Source: the human T2T-CHM13v2.0 reference genome, Homo sapiens. From it: 64,000 nucleotides of DNA. Made by a program: the position numbers and the translations under genes. The notes below the pieces were generated by a model that did not search any database, was not told the DNA's origin, and saw nothing but the letters and a program-made list of their open reading frames with translations. This document shows positions 1-43,828 of this stretch, piece by piece; the stretch's first letter is position 1, and the number at the start of each line of letters is the position of its first letter. The stretch lies in NCBI RefSeq assembly GCF_009914755.1, contig NC_060928.1; one strand, given 5' to 3'.

Positions 1-130
1 TTTTTGTATTTTTAGTAGAGACAGGGTTTCATCATGTTAGCCAGGATGGTCTCGATCTCCTGACCTCGTGATGTACCCGCCTCGGCCTCTCAAAGTGCTA
101 GGATTACGGTGTGAGCCACTGCATTTGGCC
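1..130 (-). mobile_element. Alu (partial, cut by window edge)
   Basis: Reverse complement of the Alu left arm (tttttgtatttttagtagagacagggtttc...gtgagccactgc). Confidence 0.9.
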
Positions 131-159
131 ACTACCTTGGGTTTCTTAATGATAGGGCA

Positions 160-661
160 CCACAGGCTTGGTAGCTCATACCTATAATCCCAGCATTTAG
201 GGAGGCCAGGGTGGGAGGATCACTTGAGTCCAGGAGTTTGAGATCAGCCTGGGTGACGTGGAGAGACCCTCCCCGCCACTGCTCTACAAAAAATTAAAAT
301 AAAAATTAGCCACCATAGGGACCGGGCATAGTGGCTCACGCCTGTAATCTTAGCACTTTGGGAGGCTGAGGTGGGCAGATCACTTGATGTCAGGAGTTTG
401 AGACCAGCCTGGCCAACATGGAGAAACCCCATCTCTACTAAAAAATGCAAAAATTAGCCAGGCATGGTGACGAGCGCCTGTAATCTCAGCTACTCAGGAG
501 GCTGAGACATGAGAATCGCCTGAACCCGGGGTGGGGGGTGCAGGGCTGAGGTTGCAGTGAGCAGAGATCACACCATTGCACTTCAGCCTGCACAAAAGAA
601 TGAGACATTGTCTCAAAAAAAAAAAAAAAAAAAAAAAAAAACCAAAAAATTAGCCACCATA
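160..661 (+). mobile_element. Old Alu left monomer (~160-317) followed by a full AluS (319-641) with a 17-bp TSD
   Basis: TSD aaaaattagccaccata at 301-317 and 645-661; long poly-A tail at 615-641. Confidence 0.9.
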
Positions 662-1010
662 CAGCGTATCCTCTGCTTTGATGGTATGATCGTTGTATAA
701 ACATGCTGGTATGATTATTATGGATCTTTGGGGTACATGAGGGTGCACTTAGAAGCCTTCCCTGTATTGTAGAAATTGCGACCACGGTGAAATTAGGTTA
801 TCATTAACTCTAGTTCATATTTGCCTAGTGACCTGAGGAAATAGGTTGAAGAAAAATGTAGAACTTCCTGTGTCTTAACTAAAATTAACAATTTTAACTT
901 TTAAAAGTTTAAATGGTTACCATACACGCTTTAGAAATGGTGTACCTGCAGAGAGCATGTCTGTGATTCAGTATTTTTTCTATGTGTACACCTATGTAAT
1001 AAATATATCA

Positions 1011-1630
<620 letters not shown>

Positions 1631-1715
1631 AAGACTATAGATAGAACAATTTTCCGGATGTTCCCTCATCTCCTTCATGGTCGTTTCTACTACTGATCTC
1701 ATCTGTATCCTTTAA

Positions 1716-2045
<330 letters not shown>

Positions 2046-2432
2046 TGAATTTCATAGAACAAGAATTTTTGTGCTAGGGCTCTTTGGCTCAACATTATAT
2101 TTGAGATGCATCTGTGTTGTTGTCCTAGCAGTGGATCATTTTTTTTTTCATGGCATGTAAACTTACTGTTGTGTTAATATTCCACAATTCATCTCACCAT
2201 TCTAATGGACATTTGGATTGTTTTATGGCTGCTATGAGTCAACTGATGTGTCTATTCCTTTCTGTACATGTGTTTTGGTGGACATGAGCACTCAGTTGGT
2301 CATATGGCTGGGGGTAGAATTGCTGGGTGTACTTCGATTTGACTTTAGTGGGTACTGCCTGATAGTTTTCCTAAATGGTACTGTTATATGCTAATTTTTA
2401 GAAATTAACATGTAGCAAAATTGATACTAATT

Positions 2433-3040
<608 letters not shown>

Positions 3041-3704
3041 TTGAATGTTTAAAATGTGCATTTTGCATTTGAATTTTAACAACTGTAGATTCATATATCT
3101 ACTACCACAATCAGGATACAGAACAGTTTAATTGTTCACAAAAACTCCCTCATGTTATAGTTACACTCTCCCCAACTCCTAAAGTCTTGGCAGCCATTAC
3201 TGTGTTGCTTGGTATGATTTTATCTTTTGGATAAGTCCTGTAAATGGACTCATACAGTCCATTTATGACTGTGTAGTCTTTTCAGGAAGGTTTATTTCAC
3301 TCAGCATAATGACTTTGAGATTCATCCAAGTTGTTGCATGTATCAGTAGCTTGTTCTTTTTTACTGCTGTGTAGTATTCTGTTGTATAAATGTACCACAG
3401 TTTGTCCATTTTTCCATTGGTGGACATTGGGGTTGTTTTGAGGTTTTGGTGATTATAAATAGAGTTGCCATAAACATGTCTATACAGGATTTTTGTGTGA
3501 AAGTAAATTTCAATTTTCTAGGTAAATACCAAGGAGTAGGAGCTGGTCATATGGTAACATTATGTGAAACCGCTGAACTGTTATCCAGAGTGGATAATAC
3601 CATTTTGCCTACTCACGCAATGTCTGAGAGTTCTGGTTGCTCTGCATCCTTGCTAGCACTTGAGATTTTCAGTGGTTTTTGTTTACACTATTATTATTAA
3701 TATT

Positions 3705-5116
<1,412 letters not shown>

Positions 5117-5212
5117 ACTTTGCCTATTTTTTGAAAGTTCTCCATGATTCTGAATTCAAATCCTTTGTCATATATAATTTGCCAACATTTTCTTCAACTG
5201 TGTAGCTTATCT

Positions 5213-7835
<2,623 letters not shown>

Positions 7836-7956
7836 CATTTATTTTTTAATTGCTAGACTTAAATTCACTAAATTTTATTAAGCATTATTGGTCTGTTTTC
7901 ATGAGGGATGTTTGTCACTAGCTTTCTTAAATTGTTTTTGCCTGATTTTGGTTTTA

Positions 7957-8188
7957 CAGGTTGAATATCCCTTATCTCAAATGTTTGGAACCAGAAGTCT
8001 TTTGGATTTCAGATAATTTCACATTTGGGAATATTTGCATTATGCTGATTTAGCACACCAAATCTGAAAATCTGAAATCAGAAATGTTCCAGTGAATTTT
8101 TCCATTGAGTGTCATGTCAGTGCTGAAAAAGTTTCAGATTTTGAAGCATTTCAGATTTTGGATTTTTGCATTTGGAATGCTTAATCTG
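7957..8188. mobile_element. Tigger4a/MER46A non-autonomous DNA transposon
   Basis: TA|caggttgaatatcccttatc ... ggaatgcttaatctg|TA: degenerate terminal inverted repeats (TIRs) with a TA TSD, 232 bp. Confidence 0.85.
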
Positions 8189-8559
8189 TAGTATTAATGC
8201 TGGCTTCATTAAAGTAAGATGGGAATTATTTCTTTCTCTATGTTAGTATCTGATTTTCAAGGAATTGGTTCATTTCATCTAAGTATTTGAATTTATGTGT
8301 ATAGAGTTGTCTGCAGTATTGCTTTATTATCCTTTTAATGTCTGTGGGAGTCTGTAGTGATGTCTGCCCTTTCATTCCTGATATTAGTAACTTGTTTTTA
8401 CCTTTTATTCTTCCTTGCCAGTCTTAATAGAGGTTTCATCATTTTTTAAACCTTTTTGAAGAACCAGCTGTTGGTTTTACTGATTTTTCTCTGTTTTTCC
8501 GTTTTCAGTGTGTTTGATTTTTTTTTTTAAACACTTTGCCTTATTATTTGCTTTGGGTT

Positions 8560-9888
<1,329 letters not shown>

Positions 9889-9923
9889 AAGTTTCATTTT
9901 CATTCAGTTTAAAACACTTTCTA

Positions 9924-10244
<321 letters not shown>

Positions 10245-10434
10245 TGAGTAGCTGGGACTACAGGCGCGCACCACCATGCCTGGCTAATTTTTGTATTTTT
10301 AGTAGAGATGGGGTTTCCCCATGTTGGCCAGGTTGGTCTCCATCTCTTTACCTCGTGATCTGCCCGCCTTGGCCTCCCAAAGTGCTGGGATTACAGGCGT
10401 GACTTCTCCTTTGACTTACAGTTTATTTAGAAGT

Positions 10435-11059
<625 letters not shown>

Positions 11060-12072
11060 TGATCCACCCCGCTCAGCCTCCCAAAGTGCTGGGATTACAG
11101 TCTTGAAACCACCCTGTCCGGCCACCTGTATCTCTCTATTACTGAATTTTTGTCTGATTTTTACCATTGTTAACATCAGAGATCATTCTTTTTATGATTT
11201 TAAGTTTTTCAAAAAATTTAAGGTTTTATGGTCTGTTTTGGTAAATGTTACATATGAACTTAAAAATGTATGTACTACTATTATTGGATGGTTTCTGAAT
11301 GTCAATTAGATCCAGTTGGCTGATAGTTTTTTTTTGGTTGATGGTTTTGTTCGCTTCTGTATTCTTGCTGAGTTTTTGTCTACTAGTTCTTTTGATTGCT
11401 GAAAGAGGAATGTTGAAGTCTCTGCCTAAAATTGTAGATTTGTTCACTTTTCCTTACAGTTTATTTAGCTTTTGCTTCATGTATGTTTGAAGCTGTGTTT
11501 GATGCATATACATTTAGGATTGTTAGGTCTTGGTGAATTGACCCTTTGTCATTTAAGCTGTATCCCTCATCCTTGGTAGTTTGCTTGTCTCTAAAGTCGC
11601 TTTTGTCTGATACTACTAATATAGCCTCTCCAGCTTTCTGCTAATTAATATTGGCATGTTATATTTTTTCTATCTTTTTGCTTTAAACCTATCTATATTA
11701 TTTGAAATGAATTTCCTGTAGATAGCTGCCTGATTATTCTTCATTAATTGTGCTTATTCATATTTTCATTTTTAATTGTAATGTGTATGTGAAATATACT
11801 TATTGGAGACCTTTTTTCCTGGCCTAATAACTAATTTAATATTTATTTGGTGCTATTATAGGATGCTGCTTTGCATTGTATTTGATAAAGTTCTCTTTAC
11901 TAGACTTTTTGACCTTGTAGGCTTTGTAAACTGATTTGCTAGATTACATGAACATGGTGACACAAGCCATCTTCATTTTAGAGTTTGACCAGTATGAGTT
12001 CAAATCATAGGCCTCTATATGTCATGGGCCTGTATAACATTTATTTTGTTTTTACTATGGAAGTAAGTTTTA

Positions 12073-13436
<1,364 letters not shown>

Positions 13437-13659
13437 TTAATTTCTAAACTACCTTGGAGTAATTCCAATAATGTTTGTGGGACAGAATTACTGCTTGTTG
13501 TTTTCTTGAGGAAATTCACTTTTTCCCTTACGTAAGTTAATAGAGGGTGATGTCAAGTAAAGAACATTGTTCTCTTGAATATTTTGAGCACCATGTTAGA
13601 TAGAGCTTGAAACTGAATGAGAGGTTGTAGAATCTAATTCTTATGGCACAGGATTTTTA

Positions 13660-14255
13660 AAAATAAACTTTTTATTTTAGAATAATTTTAGATTTACAGA
13701 AAAGTCACCAAGATAGTACACTGGTCCCCCATTACCTGCAGGGGATCCATCCCAAGACCCCTACTGGATGCCTGAAATTGCAGATAATACTCAACCCTAA
13801 AATATACTATGTTTTTCCTATATATAGTACCTTTACCATAGGTAAAGCTTAATTTGTAAATTAGGCACAGTGAGAGATTAACAACAATAACAGTAATAGG
13901 ACAATTATCACAATAAATTGTAATAAAAGTTATGTGAATGTGGTATCTCTCTCTCAGAATATCTTATTATACTGTGCTCACCTGTTTTTGAACCACAGTT
14001 GATCACAGGTAACTCAAACCACTGAGAAGTGCAGCTGTGGATGAGGGCGATGAGGGCATACTATTGAGCCTGGAGTTTGTGCATTCTCTTCAGCCAGCTC
14101 TCCCTAATATGGATATTCTAGCGAACCTTGGTATATTTGTCAAAACTAAGAAATTAGCATTGGTACAACATTATTAACTACAGATTATTTGGATTTTTAA
14201 AATGTCCTGTTTCTGTTCCAGGATCTAATCCAGTACACCACAGTGCATTTAGCAG
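13660..14255 (-). mobile_element. L1MC-type 3' end interrupted by MER44A
   Basis: ttttagaataattttagatttacagaaaagt...gtcaaaactaagaaattagcattggtacaa...ttctgttccaggatctaatccag. Confidence 0.7.
13719..14064 (-). mobile_element. MER44A (Tigger7 family) DNA transposon
   Basis: TA|cactggtcccccattacctgcagggga...ccaagacccc...ggatgcctgaaa...aaattaggcacagtgagagattaacaac...gttatgtgaatgtggt; ~345 bp. Confidence 0.85.
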
Positions 14256-14410
14256 CCCAGAATTTTCATTCTTTTTAGTTTTCTCACCTATGAAATGGTG
14301 AAGCTTTTTATTTTCTTCAAAGGATTCCTGAGAAGCTAATTAATATTCAGATTTATAGTATGGTAGTAATTTCATGCTCATGCTAAAATTCAGTAAAATG
14401 GTTAACTTTT

Positions 14411-16982
<2,572 letters not shown>

Positions 16983-17554
16983 TGTGCAGGGTTTTCTTTC
17001 CAGTGAGTTCTTCTGTCTTTGCCTGATTCGCCCCTTTCTGAGATGGAGACCATGCGCTGTCCCCATGGGAAGCATTTCTTCACCGTCCGAGGCCAGGCTG
17101 TACCTTCCCTTCTGAGTTCCTGTGGTGCCTGTCCTGGCTCGGCCACACCACTTAGACTGGATTGGAACATCTAAACTGCGCTGTGGCCTGCTTGGCACAT
17201 AGTACATAGGCAGAAACATTGCTCAGGGAGCCAGGCCATTTGATGTGAGCTTCTGCATTTCTTCCCTCTTCACCTTTCTTTGGGACGTCTTTTGTCTTTT
17301 GATTTGGAAGAAAGCATCTATCCATTTTTCCAAAGTTAACTGCGTGCTCCAGGGGTTGTTAACTGATGGTTTTTAATGAGTCTGTTAATTCATGGAAACT
17401 CAGTGCAGAATTTATGTGTAGTACGTTATCTTGAGGCTTCTGCAAAACAGCTTTGTCGTTTCTCTCCTGTGTCTTGAATCTTTCCACTTCTGTTGGGTTA
17501 TTTTCCTTTGTATTCAGATTGTGTCTTTCTTCCCTTCCTCTTCCTCAGTGTTTT

Positions 17555-19983
<2,429 letters not shown>

Positions 19984-20039
19984 TTTGATCTGCATTTCAG
20001 TCATGGGTGAGTCTTAATCTGTTCTGAGGCAAGAGAGAC

Positions 20040-24400
<4,361 letters not shown>

Positions 24401-25118
24401 TAAATTACATTCATTAACTGCTGCAGAGTGCCTTCTGCGTTACCAGTAGGAGTTACAGGGTGATCTCAAAAGCCGTGCACCTTGTGCCATGCCCAGATGA
24501 ACAGGCACGGTTGTGTAGACTCAGGATATGTGTGCTCAGGCCTTACTGGCCAGGTGTCCCTGCCGATGAAGTCTGCTAGTGACTGAACAGGGACTTCTTG
24601 GGCACCTCAATCATCTCTCCAGGTGGGTCCCTTCCTCCTTTCTTCCATTACCCTGTGCCTCTGCAGGGGTGTGGCTGTTGCCCTCCAGCACGTCCTGTTT
24701 TCCTGTTGGGGTCATGGCTTCTGCCTTCGCCCTTCAGAAGCCTGTTATCTACTACTTCTCGTCTCCATTTCCCACCCCTTCCTCCTGGTTCTGCCTCTGA
24801 GAATCCTTCAGAGCTGGCTTGATGCCGCCTTTTCTATTCCACTTACCTTCCAACCACAGCAGCAACTTCTCTAGTGATACTTTACACCTTTGTTTTACCT
24901 ATACATTGATTATATTTTATGAGATTGGATATTTTAAAAAATATGATGTTAGCTGTGGGCTTGTAAAATTTTTTTTCAAAAAGATTGGAAGTTTATTGAA
25001 TGCAGAACAATTTTAAGGCCTAGTACGTTGTTCATAGCCAGTAAGTGTTTCTTGACTGAATCAAGTAAGATACAGAATTAGGGATTTTAAAAAATTGTCT
25101 AAAAATGTTAATGTCAGT

Positions 25119-26550
<1,432 letters not shown>

Positions 26551-28292
26551 TGCTAATTCCATTAAAATAAAATAAGTTTTCATAATTGGTTGGACTCCAG
26601 TATTACCTGGAATTTGGTCACAAAGTTACAGATTTTTAGATTGTTCTGGGATTTATATATTTATCTCTAGAATTTTAGGATGGCAAATTGTTGAGGGGGA
26701 CCATAATTTGATTTCGTCTCATTCAGATGCTCTTGAAGTTTGAACCACACTGTTAGGGTCAGATGCTGGATAAGTCAAATACATCTGGAGGTTTTCACAT
26801 CTAATTAGTTACAGAAACTGAGAGTATGACTTTTCTTCACTTTTGGGTATCTTCTGAAATTGTGACTGAACTGCTAAATAGCCCAAAAGTACTTCAGAAT
26901 CCGGGATTCTGGACAGTAGTGAATGTTCGTAGTCTCCACATGCCATTAGTTAAACTCATTGGGCCGGTTTGAATCTGTACTTCCTTGAACAAATCATGGT
27001 ACCCTTATGTCTCCCTGCAGGGTTGAATTCAGTGTGTTCAGATATCTTCTGTTTGTAAGAAAGCAGTACATTCTATGAGTTACTGTGGATTTGGTAACCC
27101 TAACTCTGAATCTAAGTTCAGAGAGTCATTCTGTGCTAAAGAAGCAACTCTAAATCGCTGCAGTGAGCTTTGGTGACATGGCTCAGGAGATACTGAAATA
27201 AACCAAATCTCCTTATGTTTTTTTCCTCCATATATCTTTAACTTTTCCCAAGGTTCCATGAACTGTTACCCTCCTTGCAGAGGTCATGCCACATCTTTCG
27301 TTATAGGACACAGCAGTAAAGGGCCCTCTAGCCTGCTCTCTTGACTGGAATAATGGGAACTCATTTCTCCCCATCATAGTGACACAGGAAATAAGCCTTG
27401 CCATGTCTAGGTGCAAGGCTGTGGGCAGTTTAGGAGACAGTGTCTCTGTAGGGGGACCAGTTACCCCATGGGTACAGGCCTTGGTGAGCTCCTCCTCAGA
27501 TCAGGGCTAGGCTAGTTTTCAGGCCCCACTCCCCGGCCTGGGAGCTTTTGTGATTTAGGAGAATGCGTATTTACTGCAAGTCTCACTCACAGATGGGCCT
27601 TACTCAGGTGGTCATGTATCCTGGGTAGTAAGTCAAGCACTTTGAGTACCGAACACACAGGGCCTATTTCTCTTCTGCCGTACACTTCCTCCCCTACCTC
27701 TGCCTGTTGTATTCAGGGTTCACACACTCAGTTTCGCTTACGGAGTGGGTGGGGGTGTGGGCAGCTGTCTGTGCTGTGGCTCTCTCCCTATGGGGGACTT
27801 CGCAGAGCCTCTTTCCTGCCTTGTCACCTTACCCATAGGCTCTGCTCTTTAGTGACTCCCTCCGCGGCCCCAGCCCTTCCTCCTGGCAGCTTCCAATGAT
27901 GTATTACTGGCAGTGTTGCTTTGTCTTTAGTTCACATTTCCCGTAAGTGGACCAAATTATGTTTTTATGACAGGCCTTGTTGTGGGTCCTGAAGAGAACA
28001 GCTGTATTGTACAGGCTGCCCTGTACCCCATGGATTAATTATCCATTCTGAGCCCTGGAGGAGAGGGCAGGTTCTAGAGTACCAGGCAGATGTGGCACCA
28101 CCTTGCCAGCAGCTCGGAGACTGGTACTTGTTGGCACAGTGAACTTCTGTTTGGTTATGTATAAAAAATTTAGATTTGTACTAGGGTTTTGGAAGTGAAT
28201 GGCTTCTGAGGTAGAAGTCCTATTTTATTTAAAGATGTCTTTGTGGAAAAGGGTTTTGAGAGGTATGTGTAGAGTGAAATTCTAGAGCAGAA

Positions 28293-29091
<799 letters not shown>

Positions 29092-29399
29092 GTCCAAGGT
29101 AACATTTCAAGTTTTCTAATACCGTTTCCCCTGAAATGAGGTTGTGTACGGTGCCTAAATGGAAACCAGATTGTCTGAGGTTGTGGCCCCACAGTGCTCG
29201 CTGCAGTGGGGACTTGGGCGTTCTCCAGTCTTCCTAGGGACACTGTATGTCCTCCTGATTTGTAAACTGAGAGATGGAAATGAGATTAAAGGCTGTAGGG
29301 TGAGCTGAGGCTGCAGATAGGTTGGAGTTGTCAGTCCCAGGTAAGAGGAGCCCTGTGCCACAGCCTGGTGTGGGAGGCGACATGTTGCTGGTAGCTGGA

Positions 29400-31380
<1,981 letters not shown>

Positions 31381-32184
31381 AAACCGTGCTTTCCAGGACT
31401 GCAGCCTCTTCTGTAGTATCCACGTTTATGTCTAACCTGCCTTAAATAAATGTGGAGCTGGGGGAGGGTAAATAAATACTTACATGCATGGCATTTTTAA
31501 ATGACATGAATTAATCATTTTAAATTAATTAAAAAGAAACATTTAAAAATTTTATCTTTTTAGTGTTTCTTCAAAAACAACATTAAGTCATTAATTCTGG
31601 CCTTTTGGCCTATTGGAAGCATTGAAAAGCTGAATGAAATCAAGAAAAAGTTCTGGAGAATAGAAGCTTCCAGCCTTTTGGATTCGTGACCCGCCTGTGG
31701 GAAGGAGGCCTGCCATCCCTCCCCTCTGTTGGCTCACACTCCTCTAACTTCTTCCTCTTCCTCTTTCTCCCACACACAAATGCGTGCCATGCTCCTCTGC
31801 CCAGGCCTTGGGTTAAAGGCAGCACTAGGCCTTCCACCAAGAGACATGAGTGAATGATCAGGCCAGGCAGCAGAGTGCACAGCAAGCTTCAGGGCGAAGG
31901 TGGCCGCGACACTTGCCAAGTGAGATGTCAGAGGCCTATGCCCCAAGAAAGCATAGATCAGGTCAGGTGACGAGACGGTGGAAGAGAATCCCAGGTGGCC
32001 GTGGCAGCATGTGCAAAAGTGTGGTACACCAGGGACTTGGACATGGTGATCATGGAAGGTTTGAGAACAGGAATAGTGGCGCTCAGTCAGGGCCAGGCTT
32101 GAAGGAGGATCAGGAGCATGGACTTCATAGGGAAATCGTTTTGAAGATGCAGTTTATTAAGCAAACAATAATTTGAGTTTTTAA

Positions 32185-33430
<1,246 letters not shown>

Positions 33431-34133
33431 GAGGCAAACAAAATCTATATATCTAAACACTGGCCAATGCTTATCAGACACTGTTCTAAACATCTATATA
33501 TGTGTGTGCTTCTAGTCCTCAAAGTGATTTGAAGTAGTAGGTGCTGTTGTTACCCCAATTTTATGCTGTGGTAATAGGCACAGAAAGGCAAAGGCCTTGT
33601 TCAGCACTTTGGGCTTAAGGGGCTCATGGAGATACTGTAGCAGATACAGAGGCAGCAGGAATAGAGATGTACCTATTCTCTGACCAGTCTTTGTAGTTTA
33701 GAGCCAGTAATTGCTGTAACATATTCACAAAGCAGTTTTTTGAGATTTTCATTTGGTTGCTTGGTTTTCTCACAGGTGTTCGTCTTCTCAATGTTACCTT
33801 ATCTAAGGTTTTAGTTGATATGAGGACTAAAACACCTGAACTTTTTTGAGAGTATTATGGGGTCCGTGTAATATTTATTCCAGGTAGTTATTGTTATTAC
33901 TACTTTTTTTCTTTTTTGAGACGAAGCCTCGCTCTGTCACCCAGGTGACATATCATACCTTATAAGATATTTTTGGTGTTAAAGCATTTAATTTTCAACA
34001 CCATGAAGTAAAAACACATTGTTAGTGCTTGGGACTATTGTGTTCCTTGGAAGACCCACTAAACTTTCTAGACCTGGAAATTTCTTTGTCGTCATTGGTC
34101 TAGGTTTAATGTTTCTTGCTAAATCAAGTTTGA

Positions 34134-34397
<264 letters not shown>

Positions 34398-35107
34398 TGA
34401 ACTCCTGACCTCAAGTGATCCACCTGCCTGAGCCTCCTGAAGTGCTGGGATTACAGGTGTCAGCCACCACACCTGACCTCTGATTCATTAACTTCTGTTT
34501 TAATATTTAGTAACAACTTGTTCCCATTCTGTTTAGGGCCTTTCTGAATTGATTTCTAATCTCAAGCTGTTCATTTTTTTCTTCCCTCAAAATAATACTA
34601 GCAATTAGAGCTATGAACTTTAAGTACAACATTGGCCAGACATCTAAAGTTTTGTTATACTGTATAATCGTTTTCAGTTTTGTTGTTTTTCTGAATCTGT
34701 TCATTCAACAAACATCCATTAGCACGTATTATGTACTGGTTACTGTGGTAGCTACTGGGAATATAATGACTATCCCCTATTCCTCTCTTCAGATACTAAA
34801 TATTCTTAGGACTGTAATTGTAGATTTATTACTTCTTCTGTTTTTTGTTTGCTTTTGAGACAGGGTCTTGCTCTATCACCCAGTGATGCAGTGAAGCTCA
34901 CTGCAGCCTTGACTTCCCGGGCTTAAGCAATTTTCCCACCTCAGCCTCCTTGAGTAGCTGAGACCACAGGCGCATGCCACCCTGCCCATTCCTAATAAAG
35001 TACTCTGTTACTTATAATATTTTTCTGATTTTAATTTGCTACCCGTGCATTTTTTTTGCATTGCCTGCTTTATTTTGCTTGTGTTTGAAATTTCATCATT
35101 TTAATAA

Positions 35108-35302
35108 TAAATAGCTGCCATTTTGACTAATGATTACTGTGCACTAGACTCTGTATCAAGCACTTGACATACCGTATCTCATTTGATTCTGTGGCAACCT
35201 TCTGGGTAGGTTTTTTTTTTCCCCCCTCAATCTTCCATTTACAAAAAAGGCAACTGAGGCTTGGAGGGGTTAATTCTTGCTTAAGGGTAAACAGTGAGTA
35301 GT
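35108..35302 (-). mobile_element. MIR
   Basis: tatctcatttgattctgtggcaaccttct...ccatttacaaaaaaggcaactgaggcttggaggggttaa...ttgcttaagg. Confidence 0.75.
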
Positions 35303-35330
35303 TTTCAGTCATTCTTGTACTGTCTAAGTA

Positions 35331-35745
35331 CAGTTGACCCTTGAACGAAGGGGTTAGGGATGCTGACCCTATTGTGGAGTCAGAAATTCGCTTATACCTT
35401 TCAACTCTCCAAAACCTTAACTACTAATAGCCTACTGTTGACCAGAAGTCTTACCAATACTATAAACATTCGATGAACAAATATTTTGCTTCTTATAGAT
35501 ATTATCTACTGTATTCCTACAATAAAGTAAGCTAGAGAAAATAAAATGTTATATTTACTATTTATTAAGTGGAAGTGGATCATGATAAAGGTCTTCATCC
35601 TCATTCTCTTTACATTGGCTAGGCTGAGAGAGGAGGAGGAGGAGGAGGAGGCGGAAGAGGAGAGGTTGGTCTTGCTGTTTCAGGGGTGTCAGAGGCAGAG
35701 GAGGTAGAGGAAGGCAGGCACACAGTGTAACTTTATTTTTGTTGA
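35331..35745. mobile_element. Tigger2-family fragment, one TIR end, containing (GGA)n
   Basis: TA|cagttgacccttgaac TIR; ttaactactaatagcctactgttgaccagaag; aagtggaagtggatcatgataaaggtcttcatcctc. Confidence 0.85.
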
Positions 35746-35971
35746 GGCAGGGTCTCGCTCTGTCACCCAGGCTGGAATGCAGTGGCGTGATCACAGTAAA
35801 AGAGATGGGGGTCTTGCTTTTGTTGCCCAGACTGGTCTTGAACTCCTGGCTTCAAGCAATCCTCCCATCTCAGCCTCCCAAAGTGCTGGGATTACAAGTA
35901 TGAATCACCACTACGCCTGGCCAGCAGTATACGTTTTAAATTAATCCAGAGCGTACCTTCAAATGATATCA

Positions 35972-36109
<138 letters not shown>

Positions 36110-36293
36110 TTAGCCAGGTGTGGTGGTACGCGCCTGTAATCCTAGCAGTTACAAAGTGCAATTAAAAATAAGGCTGGCTGGACGTGGTGGCTCACACCTG
36201 TAATCCCAGCACTTTGGGAGGCTGAGGCAGGAGGATCACTTAAACCCAGGCGTTGGAGACCAACCTGGGCAACATAACAAGGTCCTTTCTCTA

Positions 36294-36431
<138 letters not shown>

Positions 36432-36494
36432 CTAGGTGACAGAGTGAGGCCCTGTCTCAAAAACAAAACAAAAAAAAACAGTGAAAACATTGAT

Positions 36495-37250
36495 TTTTCA
36501 GCAGTGAGAATGGCTGTTATTAAAAAGTTAAAAAATAACAGATGGTGGTGAGGTTGTAGAGAAAAAGGAACGCTTATACACTGTTGGTGCGAGTGTAAAT
36601 TAGTTTAACCATTGTGGAAGATGATATGGCAATTCCACAAAGACCTAAAGTCAGAAATACCATTCAACCCAGTAATCCCATTACTGGGTATATACTCAAA
36701 GGAATATAAATTGTTGTGTTACAAAGACACATGCATGCGTGTGTTCATTGCAGCACTGTTCACAATAGCAGAGACATGGAATCAACCCAAATGCCCATCA
36801 ATGATAGATAGATTGCATAAAGAAAACATGGTACATATACACCATGGAATACTATGCAGCCATAAAAAAGAATGGGATCCTGTTCAGGGACTTGGGTGGA
36901 GCTAGAGGCCATTATCCTTAGCAAAGTAACACAGAAACAGAAAACCAGATACTGCTGGTTTTCTGCAGATTCTCCCTTATAAGTGAGAATAAGCAGAACA
37001 GAAAACCAGATACCGCATATTCTCGCTTATAGCCGATGAGAACACATGGACACGTAGAGGGGAACAACATACACTGTGGCCTATCAAAGGGTGGAGGGTG
37101 GGAGGAGGGAGAGGATCAGGAAAAATAACAAGTGATGGCTACTAAGCTTACTACCTGGGTGAAGAAATAATCGGTACAACAAACGCCTGTGACACATGTT
37201 TACCTGTGTAACCTGCACGTGCTGCACATGTACCCCCAAATTTAATAAAA
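36495..37250 (+). mobile_element. L1PA (old primate, PA15/16-like) 3' end: ORF2 C-terminus plus 3' UTR
   Basis: ORF 36612-36905 (EIPFNPVIPLLGIYSKEYK..CYKDTCMRVFIAALFTIAETWNQPKCPSM) is the L1 ORF2 C-terminus; G-rich 3'UTR tract; AATAAA at 37244-37249. Confidence 0.92.
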
Positions 37251-37254
37251 GGAA

Positions 37255-37593
37255 ATGTGACCCCCACCCCCCATTTTGGAGCTAGGGTCTGCTGGGAAGT
37301 GTTGGATCATGGAGGTGGGTCTTCATGAATGACTTCATGAATGTCCTCCCCATGGTAATGAATGAGTTCTTGCTCTGTTAGTTCACTTGAAATCTGGTTG
37401 TTAAAAAGAGTCTGGGGCCTCCCCCCTCTATCTCTGGCTCCTCACTCTCTTGCCATGTGATACATTTGTTCCTTCTTTGCCTTTTGCCATGAGTAAAAGC
37501 TTCCTGTGGCCTCACTAGAAGTGGAGCAGATGCTGGTGCCATGCTTGTATAGCCTACAGAACTGTAAGCCAAATAAACCTCTGTTCTTTATAA
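37255..37593 (+). mobile_element. MST (MSTB-like) MaLR LTR, truncated
   Basis: ggatcatggaggtggg...aatgagttcttgctctgttagttcac...gcagatgctggtgccatgcttgtatagcctacagaactgtaagccaaataaacctct. Confidence 0.85.
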
Positions 37594-37615
37594 GATTTTT
37601 AAAACCCACTGATTT

Positions 37616-43828
<6,213 letters not shown>

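Noticed and set aside
27021-27054. Possible micro-exon (tctccctgcAG|G...ttt|GTAAGA)
   Set aside because: Splice-like motifs occur often by chance; 34 nt is frame-shifting and nothing else supports it.
36612-36905. 97-aa ORF with clear protein similarity
   Set aside because: Decayed L1 ORF2 C-terminus, 5'-truncated and frameshifted.
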